From the NCBI GenBank assembly GCA_963803805.1, contig CAWDOD010000011.1:288001-352000 (forward strand): a stretch of 64,000 nucleotides of DNA. Direction: 5' to 3'. This DNA comes from an uncultured cyanobacterium. Its GTDB lineage: Bacteria; Cyanobacteriota; Cyanobacteriia; Cyanobacteriales; CAWCAG01. Position numbers and translations under genes: made by a program. This document shows, in pieces, positions 37,210-50,745 of the stretch (the stretch's first letter is position 1; each line of letters starts with the position of its first letter). Under the pieces are notes generated by a model that was not told the DNA's origin, ran no database searches, and saw only the letters and a list, made by a program, of their open reading frames with translations.

Positions 37210-37932
37210 ATGAAGAGTAAATCTCCCAAGTCTGTTATTAGCCAAGTTCTCTCTCCTGCTTTAAAACTATGGCTAGCAACTCAAGTAGAGAAGATCGAAA
37301 AATTGCAAATTGATATTTCAGGAACCAATCGCCAAATTATAGGCGGTTATATTCCTAGAGTATCGTTAAAATGCGATCGCGCTATTTATCAAGGCTTACA
37401 CCTAAACCAAACAGAGTTACAGGGTGAGAATATTCGCATTAATATCGGTCAAGTTATTAAGGGTAAACCCCTTCAACTACTAGAGCCTATATTAGTTACA
37501 GGAAAAGTATTGTTACAGCAAAAAGATTTACAAGCTTCTTTATCTGCAAACTTACTAGCTACCGCTTTAACAGATTTACTCTTGTTATTGATCACTGCTA
37601 GTCAAGAGCAATCCCAGAAGGATTTCTGGCATGATCAGCAGATTAACTGGCAGGAAATAAAGATAGATGCGGAAAAATTAACCCTGAAAGGCACTTTTAA
37701 GGATGCTGAAGCGCAAGAAATACCAATTTCACTCCGTAGTGGCTTAGATTTAGCAAGTCCTCACGAATTGTCCCTCAGCCCTATTTCCATTGAAGCACCA
37801 GAATCAAGGCGCATCAGTATTAATAACTACACAATTGATTTAGGTAAGCAAGTCCATCTTGAAGAATTAGACCTAACTCCAGGTAGAGTTTCTTGCCGAG
37901 GGAGTCTAACGGTTATACCAAACCACGTTTAG
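37210..37932 (+). CDS. DUF2993-like protein
   Basis: LSPALKLWL..QVE, G.IP.V, AIYQGL, GKPLQLLEP. Confidence 0.7.
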   Translation: MKSKSPKSVISQVLSPALKLWLATQVEKIEKLQIDISGTNRQIIGGYIPRVSLKCDRAIYQGLHLNQTELQGENIRINIGQVIKGKPLQLLEPILVTGKVLLQQKDLQASLSANLLATALTDLLLLLITASQEQSQKDFWHDQQINWQEIKIDAEKLTLKGTFKDAEAQEIPISLRSGLDLASPHELSLSPISIEAPESRRISINNYTIDLGKQVHLEELDLTPGRVSCRGSLTVIPNHV

Positions 37933-37979
37933 TTGTATAGATTATTTGTGAGGGAAGGGAAAAGAAAAATGATATGACA

Positions 37980-38435
37980 TTAATCCTCTTGATACTTTGA
38001 TTCTAGTTCCTCTTTCTCTCGCTTAAAACTTTCTTCTAGCTCCTGCATTTGTTCTTCACGAGTTTCTATTTCTAAAAGACGGCGAGTTAAATCCTGGTTT
38101 TTTAAAGTTAATTCCTGTCGCCATTGCTCAATCTTGACTTTTTCTTCTTCCATTGAGCCAGAAGAGTTTGTATTATTACTCAGAAATTGATTGACTAGAC
38201 CTAAAACCCAATCTTGAGCTTCTTCGGTACTAATAATTATGCCGTCCTCGTCTAGATCAACTAATACTAAATTACCTTCACCTATTACAGGGCCTTTGGT
38301 AAGACTTTCTTCAGAGAGAACGACTGCTTTTTTGTTGCCCAATGACCATTTACCATCAGCTTCCTGACGAGCAAGAAGTTGTAGTTCTATCTTGCCTGAA
38401 ACGGTATTGTTTTGCACTTTCGCTAGGTGTAACAT
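37980..38435 (-). CDS. Coiled-coil protein resembling the HmpF N-terminal region
   Basis: MLHLAKVQ, ELQLLARQ, G.LVLV.L, IEQWRQELT. Confidence 0.55.
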   Translation of the reverse strand: MLHLAKVQNNTVSGKIELQLLARQEADGKWSLGNKKAVVLSEESLTKGPVIGEGNLVLVDLDEDGIIISTEEAQDWVLGLVNQFLSNNTNSSGSMEEEKVKIEQWRQELTLKNQDLTRRLLEIETREEQMQELEESFKREKEELESKYQED

Positions 38436-38560
38436 TTAATTTGTCAGTGGTCAGTGGTCAGTGGGTTAGAGGCTGTAAGTTTAAGCATCTTGATCTTCAA
38501 ATGAGCGGAATAGTAAGTTTAAATCTACAACCTGTAACCTGCAAATAGTGACAACAAGTT

Positions 38561-41500
38561 TTACTGCAAACGCCCTAGACGTTCTTGTAAAATTTCTGAT
38601 TGTTTTTTTGCTTCTGCTAGGTTATCCCTTGCACCTTGCACCACATCAGGAGGGGCTTGGTTAATAAAGCCAGGATTATCAAGACGGTTGGTTAAAGATT
38701 TTACCTCTTTGTCCAATTTACTCAAGTTTTTCTCTAGCTTAGCTTGTAAAACTTCCACATCAACAATACCAGTCAAGGGTATCAGTACTTGTACAGTACC
38801 AACAACCCCAGCAATGGCTTTTTCTGCTTCTTGGTTAGTTTCTTTGGTAATTGTTAAGGATTCTACTTTCCCTAAATCTTGAATATAGTCTTTGCCTACT
38901 GTTAAAACACTTTCTTCAGTGGAGTTTTCGCTTTGTAAAACAACCGGGGTTTTTTGATTTGGTTTTATATCTGCTTGGGCCCTTAAGTTACGAATTGTAC
39001 GCACTACACCAAAAATCAGTTTAAAGGCTTCTTCTAAATTTAGTTCGGTAGAGAGATTATCTTCGGTGTTAGTAGCCGCAGGAGAATCATTCGCTAAAGA
39101 AGGAGCAATCTGAACTTCTTGCTTTTTGAGTTGAGGTGAAGCTTGAAAATCAACATTACCAAGAATTTGCTCAGTTATATTTCCAGATATTTTCTTTAAC
39201 TCTTGGCGAGTTTGGGATTTTAATAAATAACGAATCACAAACCAAATTGTGTAGCCGACACCAATTAGTTCAAAGGTTGGTAGCACTAAAGGAATTCTGT
39301 TAATGCTATTTAATGCACCGCCTATGGCTTGTAAGGCAATAATTGTTACAGCAGCTAACCCCAACCAAACAAGAGGTTTTTGATAATTACCAAGAAATTT
39401 AGCTGAGGTAGTGGGGAACTCCACGAGGAAATTCATTACCTTGCTGCCAATTTGTACGAGATCGTTTCCTACGGGTTGAGAAGGAGGAACGGTTTTTTCC
39501 GGTTGACTTTTCAGGCTAACTTGAGAAGATGGCGACAAAGATAAAGTAGCAACATTTGCTAAATCAATTGCCCCAACTTCTGGATAAGTCTGTAAAGCTA
39601 AAGTATCTCCTTGTTTTTGAGTTAAAGTATGCCAAATTTCTTCGGTAATGTGGGGCATGAAAGGATGAAGTAGTTTCAGGATGCCTTCTAAAACGTAAGC
39701 TAAGGTTTGTTGAGAAACTCGACGAGAAATTGGCGCAGCATCTTCCCGTAAGCGAGGTTTAACTAGTTCTATATACCAGTCACAAAAGTCTCCCCAAATG
39801 AACTCATAAACGCCCTTAGCAGCCTCTCCTAAACCATAAGTATCTAAATAGTCTCTAGTTTGCTTAACCACTTTATCAAAGCGAGTTAAAATCCAGCGAT
39901 CGCTTAGTTCCAAAGCCTCTAATTTCGGCATTCCCAAAGCTTCGGGAGTTTCTCCTTCAAGGTTCAACATCACAAACCGAGAAGCATTCCAAAGTTTGTT
40001 GGCGAAGTTGCGAGATGCTTCAACAGAAACTGATTCTTGGTTTTTGCGATCATATTCTAAACGAATATCTTGCCCTGCCCCTGCTACTTCTTTAATTAAG
40101 GTATAACGCAGAGCATCTGTACCATATTTATCAATTAGCAGCAGGGGATCAATACCATTACCGGCACTTTTCGACATCTTCTTGCCATTTTCATCCCGAA
40201 CTAAACCGTGGATATAAATGTCTTGAAAAGGTATTTTATCGGTGAAATGACCAGACATCATTGTCATCCGGGCTACCCAAAAGAAGATAATATCAAAACC
40301 CGTTACCATAATGGCATTAGGGAAATAGGTTTGAAAATCGGCTGTTTCTTCTGGCCAACCTAAAGTAGAAAAAGGCCACAAACCGGAAGAAAACCAAGTA
40401 TCAAGGACATCAGGATCTTGCTCAATCTTTACCTCTTCCCCAAACTTAGCAACCGCCTTTTCTTTCGCTTCAGTTTCATTATCCGCAACCACAAAAGGGG
40501 TTTCATCGGTAATTTCTCCTGCGGTTTCGCTAACGGCATACCAAGCGGGAATTTGATGTCCCCACCACAGTTGCCGAGAGATACACCAGTCTTTTAATTT
40601 AACTAACCAATCCCGATATACTTTTGCCCAACGTTCTGGGATAAAATTAGGCGCACCTTCGTCATCTAAACTAGCTAAGGCTTTATCGGCTAGGGGGCGA
40701 ATTTTGACAAACCATTGGGTAGAGAGTAATGGTTCGATAGGGACTTTGCCGCGATCGCTATAGGGAACTGCGTGGCTATAGTCTTCTACCTTAACTAAAA
40801 ATCCTTCTTCTTCTAACTGCTTAACAACATTTTTCCTGGCCTCAAAGCGATCTTGTCCAGCAAAATGACCAGCATTTTCATTAAGGCTACCATCTTTGTT
40901 CATAATATTAATGAACTCTAACTGATGGCGTTTTCCCATTTCAAAATCATTGGGATCATGGGCAGGAGTTACTTTAACGCAACCTGTACCAAATTCTTTA
41001 TCCACCAACTCATCAGCAAAAATCGGGATTTCTCGACCTACAATTGGTAAAATTACTGTTTTGCCAATCCAATCTTGATAGCGTTGATCATCTGGGTTAA
41101 CAGCAACCCCAGTATCCCCCAGCATGGTTTCTGGCCTTGTGGTTGCCACTTCTAAGTAACCATCACTATCTTTGATAGGATAACGAAAATGCCAAAGATG
41201 CCCCTCTACTTCTTCGTTTTGCACCTCAATATCAGAAACTGCTGACTGGGAAGCAGGACACCAGTTAACCATATATTTCCCGCGATAAATCAGCCCTTCT
41301 TCATAGAGTTGTGAAAAAGCTTTCCTAACAGTTTTAGATATGCCTTCATCAAGGGTAAAACGTTGTCGTGACCAATCTGCTGAAAGACCCAAACGTTTTA
41401 GTTGATTGGTAATATTATCCCCAGACTCTTGCTTACATTGCCAAGCTAGTTTGAGAAATTCTTCTCGCCCTAAATCATAGCGAGTTTTCCCTTCTTCCCT

Positions 41501-41803
41501 CAACTGCCTTTCAATCACCGCGTGTACAGCTATGCTGGCATGATCAGTTCCTGGGAGACACAAGGTATTTTGCCCTAGCATTCTGTTGTAACGCACCAAG
41601 GTGTCAATTAAAGCTGCTTCAAAGGCGTGTCCCATATGCAAGCTACCCGTCACATTAGGAGGAGGGATAACAATACTATAGGGTTGACCCTCATTTTGGG
41701 GATCGGACTCAAAGACGCGATCTTCTTCCCAGTATTTTTGCCACTTCGCTTCAGCAGCGGTGGAGTCATATTGTTTGGGCAAGCTGGGTATATTTGCAGT
41801 CAT
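38561..41803 (-). CDS. valS: Valine--tRNA ligase with CAAD membrane-anchor insertion
   Basis: [30 protein letters not shown]; two-TM insert near 39180-39450. Confidence 0.97.
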   Translation of the reverse strand: MTANIPSLPKQYDSTAAEAKWQKYWEEDRVFESDPQNEGQPYSIVIPPPNVTGSLHMGHAFEAALIDTLVRYNRMLGQNTLCLPGTDHASIAVHAVIERQLREEGKTRYDLGREEFLKLAWQCKQESGDNITNQLKRLGLSADWSRQRFTLDEGISKTVRKAFSQLYEEGLIYRGKYMVNWCPASQSAVSDIEVQNEEVEGHLWHFRYPIKDSDGYLEVATTRPETMLGDTGVAVNPDDQRYQDWIGKTVILPIVGREIPIFADELVDKEFGTGCVKVTPAHDPNDFEMGKRHQLEFINIMNKDGSLNENAGHFAGQDRFEARKNVVKQLEEEGFLVKVEDYSHAVPYSDRGKVPIEPLLSTQWFVKIRPLADKALASLDDEGAPNFIPERWAKVYRDWLVKLKDWCISRQLWWGHQIPAWYAVSETAGEITDETPFVVADNETEAKEKAVAKFGEEVKIEQDPDVLDTWFSSGLWPFSTLGWPEETADFQTYFPNAIMVTGFDIIFFWVARMTMMSGHFTDKIPFQDIYIHGLVRDENGKKMSKSAGNGIDPLLLIDKYGTDALRYTLIKEVAGAGQDIRLEYDRKNQESVSVEASRNFANKLWNASRFVMLNLEGETPEALGMPKLEALELSDRWILTRFDKVVKQTRDYLDTYGLGEAAKGVYEFIWGDFCDWYIELVKPRLREDAAPISRRVSQQTLAYVLEGILKLLHPFMPHITEEIWHTLTQKQGDTLALQTYPEVGAIDLANVATLSLSPSSQVSLKSQPEKTVPPSQPVGNDLVQIGSKVMNFLVEFPTTSAKFLGNYQKPLVWLGLAAVTIIALQAIGGALNSINRIPLVLPTFELIGVGYTIWFVIRYLLKSQTRQELKKISGNITEQILGNVDFQASPQLKKQEVQIAPSLANDSPAATNTEDNLSTELNLEEAFKLIFGVVRTIRNLRAQADIKPNQKTPVVLQSENSTEESVLTVGKDYIQDLGKVESLTITKETNQEAEKAIAGVVGTVQVLIPLTGIVDVEVLQAKLEKNLSKLDKEVKSLTNRLDNPGFINQAPPDVVQGARDNLAEAKKQSEILQERLGRLQ

Positions 41804-42079
41804 AGAAAGAATCTGATTGACAGAAGCAGAGGTCTGATGTTCTTTTCAAATTTTGCCACACTGACCTACGCTTTTACTTATTACTCTAAGGGCTGTTGAG
41901 ATATTTTCTCTTTTAACCACCAATTTCGATCTCTAATTTTTTACCTTTCAGGGAAACAAGATGGTGAAATCTGCTCAACTTCTACAGCCTTTATTTTCTT
42001 GCACCAGGATGATTTATGATCTTAAATTTGTAAATTTTTGTAAAGAGCAGGGAACTTTGGTTATACACAGAGTAAAAAG

Positions 42080-42781
42080 TCATTGATTATCGAAAATATT
42101 GTTAACAAAAGAACTAATTACGGTTAACACTTCTGGTTTAATTTCGTGTCCCATCTCAAACTCACGATAATCTACTTGCACTCCTAATTTATTTAACTCG
42201 TCTCTAGCTTGTTGAGCCAGCTTTAAAGGTACAACTTGGTCTTGTTTACCATGAACAATCAAAGTAGGAGGACTATTTTCTGTACCTTGGGGTAGGGAGT
42301 GAAGATAACCGCTTAAGCTACAAATTCCGGCTAAAGGCAAACTTGATCCTACATCTAAAGCCATAGCTCCTCCTTGAGAAAAGCCAGCTAAAATAGTTTG
42401 AGAAAGAGGAATACCAGTCTGATCTTCCAAAGATAAAAGCCAATCAGTCAGCTTTTGCTGACTCTCGGACAAACCGAAATAGTCCGACTTTTCTAAAGCA
42501 TACCAAGCCTTTCCTCCTGGCGCTTGAGGGTGGGGAAAGGGGGCGTCAGGAAATACCATTTGGTAATTGGGAAGTTGTAACATAGGTGCTAAAGAAGCTA
42601 AATCTCTAGCATTTGCTCCCCAACCATGTAAACCCACAAGTAAATGAGTAGGAGAATATCCTGATGTCGGTTTAAGGGAAATTGCTTGTAAAGACAGAGT
42701 TTTTCTCCTCAGAATTAGGATGTAAGTAACGAGAGTTTCTTTAATTTTAAAGATTTCATGTAGATTAGCCAAATTAGCCAT
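42080..42781 (-). CDS. Alpha/beta hydrolase (phospholipase/carboxylesterase)
   Basis: LHGWGAN, GFSQGG, HG..D.VV, MGHEI; true start probably near 42700. Confidence 0.88.
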   Translation of the reverse strand: MANLANLHEIFKIKETLVTYILILRRKTLSLQAISLKPTSGYSPTHLLVGLHGWGANARDLASLAPMLQLPNYQMVFPDAPFPHPQAPGGKAWYALEKSDYFGLSESQQKLTDWLLSLEDQTGIPLSQTILAGFSQGGAMALDVGSSLPLAGICSLSGYLHSLPQGTENSPPTLIVHGKQDQVVPLKLAQQARDELNKLGVQVDYREFEMGHEIKPEVLTVISSFVNNIFDNQ

Positions 42782-42918
42782 TTTAGTGATGGCGGCAAGG
42801 GATAGTTATTTGTTATCTTTGCCTAGGGTAGTAATCCCCACAAATAGATTTTGTTGTCATAATTTCAGTTTTTTAAATTGACCATTGTATCTCTACAAAG
42901 TTTCAGGAGAAAACTATC

Positions 42919-43317
42919 ATGGTAATGTCTCAAGAAGTTGCCCAAACTAAACCACTATCTTTCCCTTCCCTTGGCACTCCTACAGAAACTCGTCCTTGGG
43001 GGTCTTTTACTACTTTAGAAGAAGGAAGTGGCTACAAGATCAAACGTATAGAAGTAAAGCCAGGGCATCGTCTTAGCTTGCAGATGCACCACCATCGCAG
43101 CGAACACTGGATTGTTGTTTCTGGTACTGCCAAGGTTGTTTGTGGAGACACTGAAGAGATTTTAGCTAGTAATCAATCCACCTATGTTCCTCAATGTACT
43201 TCCCATCGTTTGGAAAATCCTGGGGTCATTAATTTGATTTTAATTGAAGTACAAAATGGCGAATATTTAGGAGAAGATGATATTATTCGCTTCCAAGATG
43301 ATTATGCTCGCGAGTAA
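42919..43317 (+). CDS. Cupin, mannose-6-phosphate isomerase type II C-terminal domain
   Basis: RPWG, LSLQMHHHRSEHW, EVQ.GEYLGEDDI.R. Confidence 0.9.
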   Translation: MVMSQEVAQTKPLSFPSLGTPTETRPWGSFTTLEEGSGYKIKRIEVKPGHRLSLQMHHHRSEHWIVVSGTAKVVCGDTEEILASNQSTYVPQCTSHRLENPGVINLILIEVQNGEYLGEDDIIRFQDDYARE

Positions 43318-43401
43318 TTATTAATATTTCCTATCTCTAGGACTTAAAAACAGTCAATTTTAAGTACAATTCAAGCCAGACAAATCTGAATTAATTTTCC
43401 T

Positions 43402-43731
43402 ATGATTAAGCTTAGCCAGGCAGCTTTAAAAGAAATAAAGAGATTACAATCAACTCGCCATCAAGCTAATAGCAAGTTGCATCTAGGAGTGAAGCCTGGA
43501 GGTTGCGCTGGCTTATCTTATACTTTGGATTTCGATAAGAGCGTCAACCCAGAGGATCGTATTTGGGAAATTCATGGTATCTCTATCGTTGTAGGAAGTA
43601 AAAGCCAACCCTATCTTCAAGACCTAACTCTGGATTTCACAGAAGATTTAATGGGAGGAGGTTTCCGCTTCCGCAACCCTCTAGCTTCTCATAGCTGCGA
43701 TTGTGGCTATTCCTTCTCTACTAAAGTCTAA
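43402..43731 (+). CDS. HesB/IscA family Fe-S assembly protein
   Basis: GGCAGLSY, GGGFRF.NP, CDCG.SF. Confidence 0.92.
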   Translation: MIKLSQAALKEIKRLQSTRHQANSKLHLGVKPGGCAGLSYTLDFDKSVNPEDRIWEIHGISIVVGSKSQPYLQDLTLDFTEDLMGGGFRFRNPLASHSCDCGYSFSTKV

Positions 43732-43835
43732 ACTTTCATCTGAGACAATTTTATTGACATAGGTGGTTTTAGAGCCTATGATTAGAGTTTGTCAACTGTG
43801 GCAAATCTATGACTATCCTGGCTACACATTAACTC

Positions 43836-44207
43836 ATGCCTACTATTCAACAACTTATTAGAGACGAAAGATCCAAAGCCAAAAAGAAAACTAAATCCCC
43901 TGCCCTTAAGCAATGTCCTCAACGCCGTGGAGTTTGTACAAGAGTTTATACAACCACGCCTAAAAAACCAAATTCAGCATTGCGCAAGGTGGCTAGGGTT
44001 CGCCTAACTTCAGGCTTTGAAGTAACTTCTTACATTCCAGGTATTGGTCATAACTTGCAAGAACACTCAGTAGTTTTAATACGAGGTGGCAGGGTTAAAG
44101 ATTTACCAGGGGTTAGATACCATATTATCCGTGGGACCCTAGATGCCACCGGAGTTAAAGACCGCCGTCAAAGTCGTTCCAAGTATGGCACTAAGAAGCC
44201 TAAATAG
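43836..44207 (+). CDS. rpsL: 30S ribosomal protein S12
   Basis: [26 protein letters not shown]. Confidence 0.99.
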   Translation: MPTIQQLIRDERSKAKKKTKSPALKQCPQRRGVCTRVYTTTPKKPNSALRKVARVRLTSGFEVTSYIPGIGHNLQEHSVVLIRGGRVKDLPGVRYHIIRGTLDATGVKDRRQSRSKYGTKKPK

Positions 44208-44438
44208 ACTGTCTAATCAGCTTCGGATTTGTGTTTAGCTGGGATTATTATCGCAGAGCCAAATATAATGCTGTAGCAGTAATATCTTCAATAATCTTCA
44301 GCACTCTATATATTGCTTTGATGAAAAAGGATATTCTGCTTCCTGAGAGTTTTTCAACAGTGATATAGCGAAACCCTAAACAACTAATTTGGTTGCAAAA
44401 AAATAGATAATTATAAAATCTAAGGATAAATAGCTACT

Positions 44439-44909
44439 ATGTCTCGTCGCACAGTTATCAAAAAGCGCCCTGTTCCGCCTGACCCAGTTTACAATAGCCG
44501 TTTAGTCAGTATGACTGTTCGGCGAATTATGAGCGATGGCAAGAAATCTCTTGCTTCTAGGCTCTTTTATGATGCCATGAAAATCATTGAAGAGCGTACA
44601 GGTAGTGAACCTCTAGAAACTTTTGAAAAAGCCATTAAAAATCTCACTCCTTTGGTAGAAGTCAAAGCTCGCCGTGTAGGTGGTGCAACTTATCAAGTAC
44701 CAATGGAAGTGCGTCAAGGTAGGGGGACTACCTTAGCCTTGCGGTGGTTAGTTAAATTTTCCAGAGCCAGAAGTGGTCGTACTATGGCTATTAAACTTGC
44801 TAACGAAATCATGGATGCTGCCAACGAAACGGGTTCCGCTATTCGTAAAAGGGAAGAAACTCATCGCATGGCAGAAGCAAATAAAGCATTTGCTCACTAT
44901 CGTTATTAG
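44439..44909 (+). CDS. rpsG: 30S ribosomal protein S7
   Basis: [24 protein letters not shown]. Confidence 0.99.
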   Translation: MSRRTVIKKRPVPPDPVYNSRLVSMTVRRIMSDGKKSLASRLFYDAMKIIEERTGSEPLETFEKAIKNLTPLVEVKARRVGGATYQVPMEVRQGRGTTLALRWLVKFSRARSGRTMAIKLANEIMDAANETGSAIRKREETHRMAEANKAFAHYRY

Positions 44910-45109
44910 TCTTTGCCGCAAGAAAGTTGGTTTTAAGCAAACAAAAGCAATTAGCGAGGTAATCTAAACCATGATCGACCTCCAAAAACTTTGAGTGCCA
45001 AAATTAACTACAAAATAGTACAAAACATTATGAAAAAGTATAGAATTGTAAAAAGTGTAAATATATAGCAACATAGAGATAATTTTTCTGCTATACGAAG
45101 GAGGTAACT

Positions 45110-47185
45110 GTGGCACGTACCATCCCGCTGGATAAAGTACGCAACATCGGCATTGCTGCTCACATAGATGCGGGCAAGACAACAACAACAGAGCGAATTC
45201 TCTTTTACTCAGGGATTGTTCATAAAATAGGTGAAGTTCATGACGGTACAGCCGTTACCGACTGGATGGAGCAAGAGCGGGAGCGTGGTATTACAATAAC
45301 TGCCGCAGCTATTAGCACGAACTGGCGCGATCATAGAGTCAACATTATTGACACACCAGGACACGTTGATTTCACTATTGAAGTTGAGCGTTCCATGCGA
45401 GTATTAGATGGCGTTATTGCTGTATTTTGCTCTGTAGGAGGAGTTCAGCCTCAATCTGAAACTGTCTGGCGCCAAGCAGATAGATACAAAGTACCTCGAA
45501 TTGCCTTCGTAAATAAGATGGATCGCACTGGCGCCAACTTTTTCAAAGTTTACGAGCAAGTTAGAGAGCGCCTTAGAGCTAATCCTGTGGCAATTCAAAT
45601 ACCTATCGGTAGTGAAAATAACTTTCAAGGGATTGTCGATTTAGTTCGGATGCGAGCCAAAATCTATAAGGACGATATCGGTCAAGAAATTGAAGATACT
45701 GAAATCCCTGAAGATATCTTAGAAGTAGCTAAAGAATATCGCACCAAGCTAATTGAAGCGGCAGCCGAGGCAGATGAAGAACTACTAGAGAAATACCTAG
45801 AAGGGGAAGCATTCACTGAAGAGGAAATCATGACCGCCTTGCGTAAAGGAACGGTAGAGGGTTCAATTATGCCCTTTCTCTGTGGCTCAGCTTTCAAAAA
45901 CAAAGGAGTTCAACTCCTGCTAGATGCCGTAATTGATTACTTACCTGCTCCTACCGAAGTACCTCCTATCAAAGGGACTTTACCAGATGGCACAGAAGTG
46001 GTGAGGCGTTCTAGTGATGAAGAACCTTTTTCAGCTTTGGCTTTCAAGATTTCTTCTGATAAGTATGGGCGAATGACCTTTTTGAGAGTTTACTCTGGAG
46101 TCTTAGAAAAAGGCAGCTATGTCTATAATTCCACCAAAGATGAAAAAGAAAGAATTTCTCGCTTAATCATACTGAAGTCTAATGATCGCATTGACGTAGA
46201 CGAATTGCGGGCAGGAGATTTAGGTGCGGCTTTAGGGTTGAAAAAGACTATTACTGGAGACACCCTTTGTGATGAAGATAACGCTGTAATTCTTGAATCT
46301 CTCTACATCCCTGAGCCAGTTATTTCAGTTGCTGTAGAGCCGAAAACCAAGCAAGATATGGACAAGCTTTCTAAAGCTCTACAATCTCTTTCTGATGAAG
46401 ATCCTACCTTCCGTGTCAGCATAGATTCAGAAACAAACCAAACTGTAATTGCTGGAATGGGGGAGCTACACCTCGAAATTCTAGTAGATAGAATGTTACG
46501 GGAATTTAAGGTTGAAGCAAACGTAGGGCAACCTCAAGTAGCTTACCGCGAAACTATTCGTCAGCCTACTAAAGCAGAAGGTAAATTTATCCGCCAAAGT
46601 GGTGGTAAAGGTCAATACGGTCATGTTGTCCTAGAAGTAGAACCAGCAGAAACCGGCAAAGGATTTGAGTTTGTTTCTAAAATCGTTGGTGGTGCTATTC
46701 CTAGAGAGTACATTTCTTCTGTAGAAAATGGCATCAAAGAATCCTGCGAATCAGGTATTCTAGCAGGGTATCCTGTAATTGATCTCAAGGTAACTTTGGT
46801 AGATGGGTCTTACCACGAGGTAGACTCTTCTGAAATGGCCTTCAAAATAGCAGGTTCAATGGGTATTCAGAATGCTGTTAAAAAAGCATCTCCTGTTCTA
46901 TTAGAACCAATGATGAAAGTAGAAGTTGAAGTCCCCGAAGACTTCCTTGGAGATGTGATCGGTGATCTCAACTCCAGAAGAGGACAAGTCGAAGGAATGA
47001 ACTCCGAAGATGGCTTAGCAAAAGTCTCCAGTAAGGTTCCCTTAGCGGAGATGTTTGGTTATGCCACAGATATTCGGTCAAAAACCCAAGGTCGAGGTAT
47101 ATTCTCAATGGAGTTCAGTAACTACGATGAAGTTCCTCGCAATGTCGCAGAAGCGATCATTGCCAAAACTAAAGGGAACGCATAA
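45110..47185 (+). CDS. fusA: Elongation factor G
   Basis: [23 protein letters not shown]. Confidence 0.99.
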   Translation: MARTIPLDKVRNIGIAAHIDAGKTTTTERILFYSGIVHKIGEVHDGTAVTDWMEQERERGITITAAAISTNWRDHRVNIIDTPGHVDFTIEVERSMRVLDGVIAVFCSVGGVQPQSETVWRQADRYKVPRIAFVNKMDRTGANFFKVYEQVRERLRANPVAIQIPIGSENNFQGIVDLVRMRAKIYKDDIGQEIEDTEIPEDILEVAKEYRTKLIEAAAEADEELLEKYLEGEAFTEEEIMTALRKGTVEGSIMPFLCGSAFKNKGVQLLLDAVIDYLPAPTEVPPIKGTLPDGTEVVRRSSDEEPFSALAFKISSDKYGRMTFLRVYSGVLEKGSYVYNSTKDEKERISRLIILKSNDRIDVDELRAGDLGAALGLKKTITGDTLCDEDNAVILESLYIPEPVISVAVEPKTKQDMDKLSKALQSLSDEDPTFRVSIDSETNQTVIAGMGELHLEILVDRMLREFKVEANVGQPQVAYRETIRQPTKAEGKFIRQSGGKGQYGHVVLEVEPAETGKGFEFVSKIVGGAIPREYISSVENGIKESCESGILAGYPVIDLKVTLVDGSYHEVDSSEMAFKIAGSMGIQNAVKKASPVLLEPMMKVEVEVPEDFLGDVIGDLNSRRGQVEGMNSEDGLAKVSSKVPLAEMFGYATDIRSKTQGRGIFSMEFSNYDEVPRNVAEAIIAKTKGNA

Positions 47186-47209
47186 CTAGGAAAAGGAACA
47201 GTTAAATTA

Positions 47210-48439
<1,230 letters not shown>

Positions 48440-48466
48440 CCCTACTTACTCTTACCAGAAATTGGC

Positions 48467-48494
48467 AAAGGAGCGTCTTAGGCGCTCCTTTATT
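48467..48494 (+). terminator. Intrinsic terminator-like hairpin after tuf
   Basis: AAAGGAGCGTC-TTA-GGCGCTCCTTT then ATT. Confidence 0.7.
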
Positions 48495-48562
48495 CTGTTA
48501 TCATCAATGGGGACTTAAAGTCTCCCCAAAAAAAATTAAACACTGAACCTTGAAAATCAAAC

Positions 48563-48880
48563 ATGGCAACTATTCAACAACAAAAAATTCGTATTCGTCT
48601 CAAAGCCTTTGATCGTCGTCTTCTCGATACTTCTTGCGAAAAGATCGTCGATACAGCTAACCGTACTAATGCCACCGCTATTGGACCAATCCCCTTACCA
48701 ACTAAGCGTCGAATCTACTGTTTATTGCGTTCTCCCCACGTAGATAAAGACTCACGAGAACATTTTGAAACTCGTACTCATCGTCGCATTATTGATATTT
48801 ATCAACCATCTTCTAAAACTATTGATGCTTTAATGAAACTCGACTTGCCCGCTGGGGTAGATATTGAAGTTAAGCTATAA
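48563..48880 (+). CDS. rpsJ: 30S ribosomal protein S10
   Basis: [28 protein letters not shown]. Confidence 0.99.
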   Translation: MATIQQQKIRIRLKAFDRRLLDTSCEKIVDTANRTNATAIGPIPLPTKRRIYCLLRSPHVDKDSREHFETRTHRRIIDIYQPSSKTIDALMKLDLPAGVDIEVKL

Positions 48881-49036
48881 AAGTATTAACAGGGGATCTT
48901 TTGGTTTTGTTTATTGTCACCAAAGGATCTACCCACAATTAAAGTGATAAATAAGGGTAATTGTTGTTTTAAGTTCAAGCTCACTATCAAGAAATCCGCT
49001 AAAGTATAAGAAACATACCGTTTTGCAAAAGAAATA

Positions 49037-49678
49037 ATGGCACCCTCTTCCTCAATTGCTGTAAGAGAAATTCCCCTGTTTCCTCTACCTGACGTTGTTC
49101 TTTTCCCTGGGCGTCATCTTCCTCTGCACATCTTTGAATTCCGCTACAGAATTATGATGAATACAATTCTGGAGAGCGATCGCCGTTTTGGAGTTTTAAT
49201 GTTTGATCCGGTTAAAGGTCAAATCGCTCCTGTGGGCTGTTGTGCGGAAATCATTCACTTTCAGCGTTTACCAGATGACCGTATGAAGATGGTTACTCTA
49301 GGACAACAAAGATTTCGTGTCCTAGAGTATGTTAGAGAGAAACCCTACCGTACTGGTTTGGTGGAATGGATTGAAGACTATCCTCCCGAAGAAGACCTTA
49401 GACCTTTGAGTAAAAAAGTAGAACAGTTATTGCGGGATGTGGTGCATCTTTCTGCTAAATTAACTGAGCAGAAGATTGAACTCCCTGATGATTTACCAGA
49501 CTTGCCCATTGAGTTGTCCTACTGGGTGGCTAGTAATTTACATGGTGTAGCTCCAGAGCAGCAAGCTCTTTTGGAGATGCAGAAGACCTCTGAACGCCTG
49601 AATAGGGAAGCAGAGATACTTTCTTCAACTCGCAACCATTTAGCTGCCCGTACAGCCCTTAAAGATGCTTTAGAGTGA
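49037..49678 (+). CDS. Lon protease N-terminal (substrate-binding) domain protein
   Basis: PLFPL..VVLFPG..LPLHIFE.RY. Confidence 0.9.
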   Translation: MAPSSSIAVREIPLFPLPDVVLFPGRHLPLHIFEFRYRIMMNTILESDRRFGVLMFDPVKGQIAPVGCCAEIIHFQRLPDDRMKMVTLGQQRFRVLEYVREKPYRTGLVEWIEDYPPEEDLRPLSKKVEQLLRDVVHLSAKLTEQKIELPDDLPDLPIELSYWVASNLHGVAPEQQALLEMQKTSERLNREAEILSSTRNHLAARTALKDALE

Positions 49679-49693
49679 GCAAATAGCCTATAA

Positions 49694-50548
49694 TTAAATG
49701 TCTTTAAGCTCAATGGGTAGAAAATCATAATGACCAAAAACCTTGAGTATCTCTGTATGGATAGCTAGCTCTTCTAGGGTATCCTGGATACAATGAGGAG
49801 ATGAGTTTTCTTCCAAGTCGATAAAAAATAAGTATTCTCCTAAAGAGCGTTTGGTTGGGCGAGATTCAATACGACTAAGATTTATTTGGCGGTGTGCAAA
49901 TACCTGCAAAGGTTTGACTAAGCTTCCAGGTATATTAGCCGCCACACTGAAAGCCAGGGAAGTATGGCTTCCCTTGGTGGTAGGTTTTAAACCCACGACC
50001 CAAAAACGGGTACAGTTATCAGGATAGTCGTTAATTTCAGGTACTAATATTGGTAAGTTATAAAGTTTTGAAGCCCTAGGGGAGGCGATCGCCCCTGCTG
50101 TTTTATCATTGGAAAGATATTGCAATGCCTCTGTAGTGGAATTGGTAGGTACTAATTGAACCAAAGGAAGATGCTTTTCTAACCAAACTTGGCATTGAGT
50201 TAAAGCTTGAGGGTGGGAGTAAACAGTCTTAATTTCTTGGAGAGATGAGGCTTGGGAAAGTAAAGTATGGGAGATCGGCAAAATAAGTGCTTGTTGAATT
50301 TGTAGCTCCTCTAGTTGCCAGAGAGTATCTAGGGTTGTTGCTACACTCCCACCAATAGAATTTTCTACCGGAACTACGGCAACCTCAGCTTCTCCTTGGA
50401 TTACACTCAGCAAACTCTGAGCAATGCTAGGATAAGGACATAATAAAGATTCGGTATGATATTTTTGATTCAGCCAGCGGGAATAGCCGATGGCTGCTGT
50501 TTCTGCATTTGTTCCAGTAGGACCTAAATGTGCTATGGATATTGCCAT
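49694..50548 (-). CDS. pheA: Prephenate dehydratase
   Basis: LGP.GT, PVENS, SHPQAL.QC, NCTRF, IESRP; start at MAISIAH assumed. Confidence 0.95.
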   Translation of the reverse strand: MAISIAHLGPTGTNAETAAIGYSRWLNQKYHTESLLCPYPSIAQSLLSVIQGEAEVAVVPVENSIGGSVATTLDTLWQLEELQIQQALILPISHTLLSQASSLQEIKTVYSHPQALTQCQVWLEKHLPLVQLVPTNSTTEALQYLSNDKTAGAIASPRASKLYNLPILVPEINDYPDNCTRFWVVGLKPTTKGSHTSLAFSVAANIPGSLVKPLQVFAHRQINLSRIESRPTKRSLGEYLFFIDLEENSSPHCIQDTLEELAIHTEILKVFGHYDFLPIELKDI

Positions 50549-50745
50549 AAAGTATGAGTTGTTTTGTTGTTTCAATAAATATTAGTTTGCCTATACCAAT
50601 TTTTATGACTAAAGGTAAAGATAATTTTGCCTATCTCAGATAGTAAATCTATCTCGCTACAGTTTTATGAAAGTATTGGCTATTTTATTAAATAAATGTA
50701 AAGTAAAATTAACTAAGAAGCCTAACGAAAAATTCCGATACTTTT

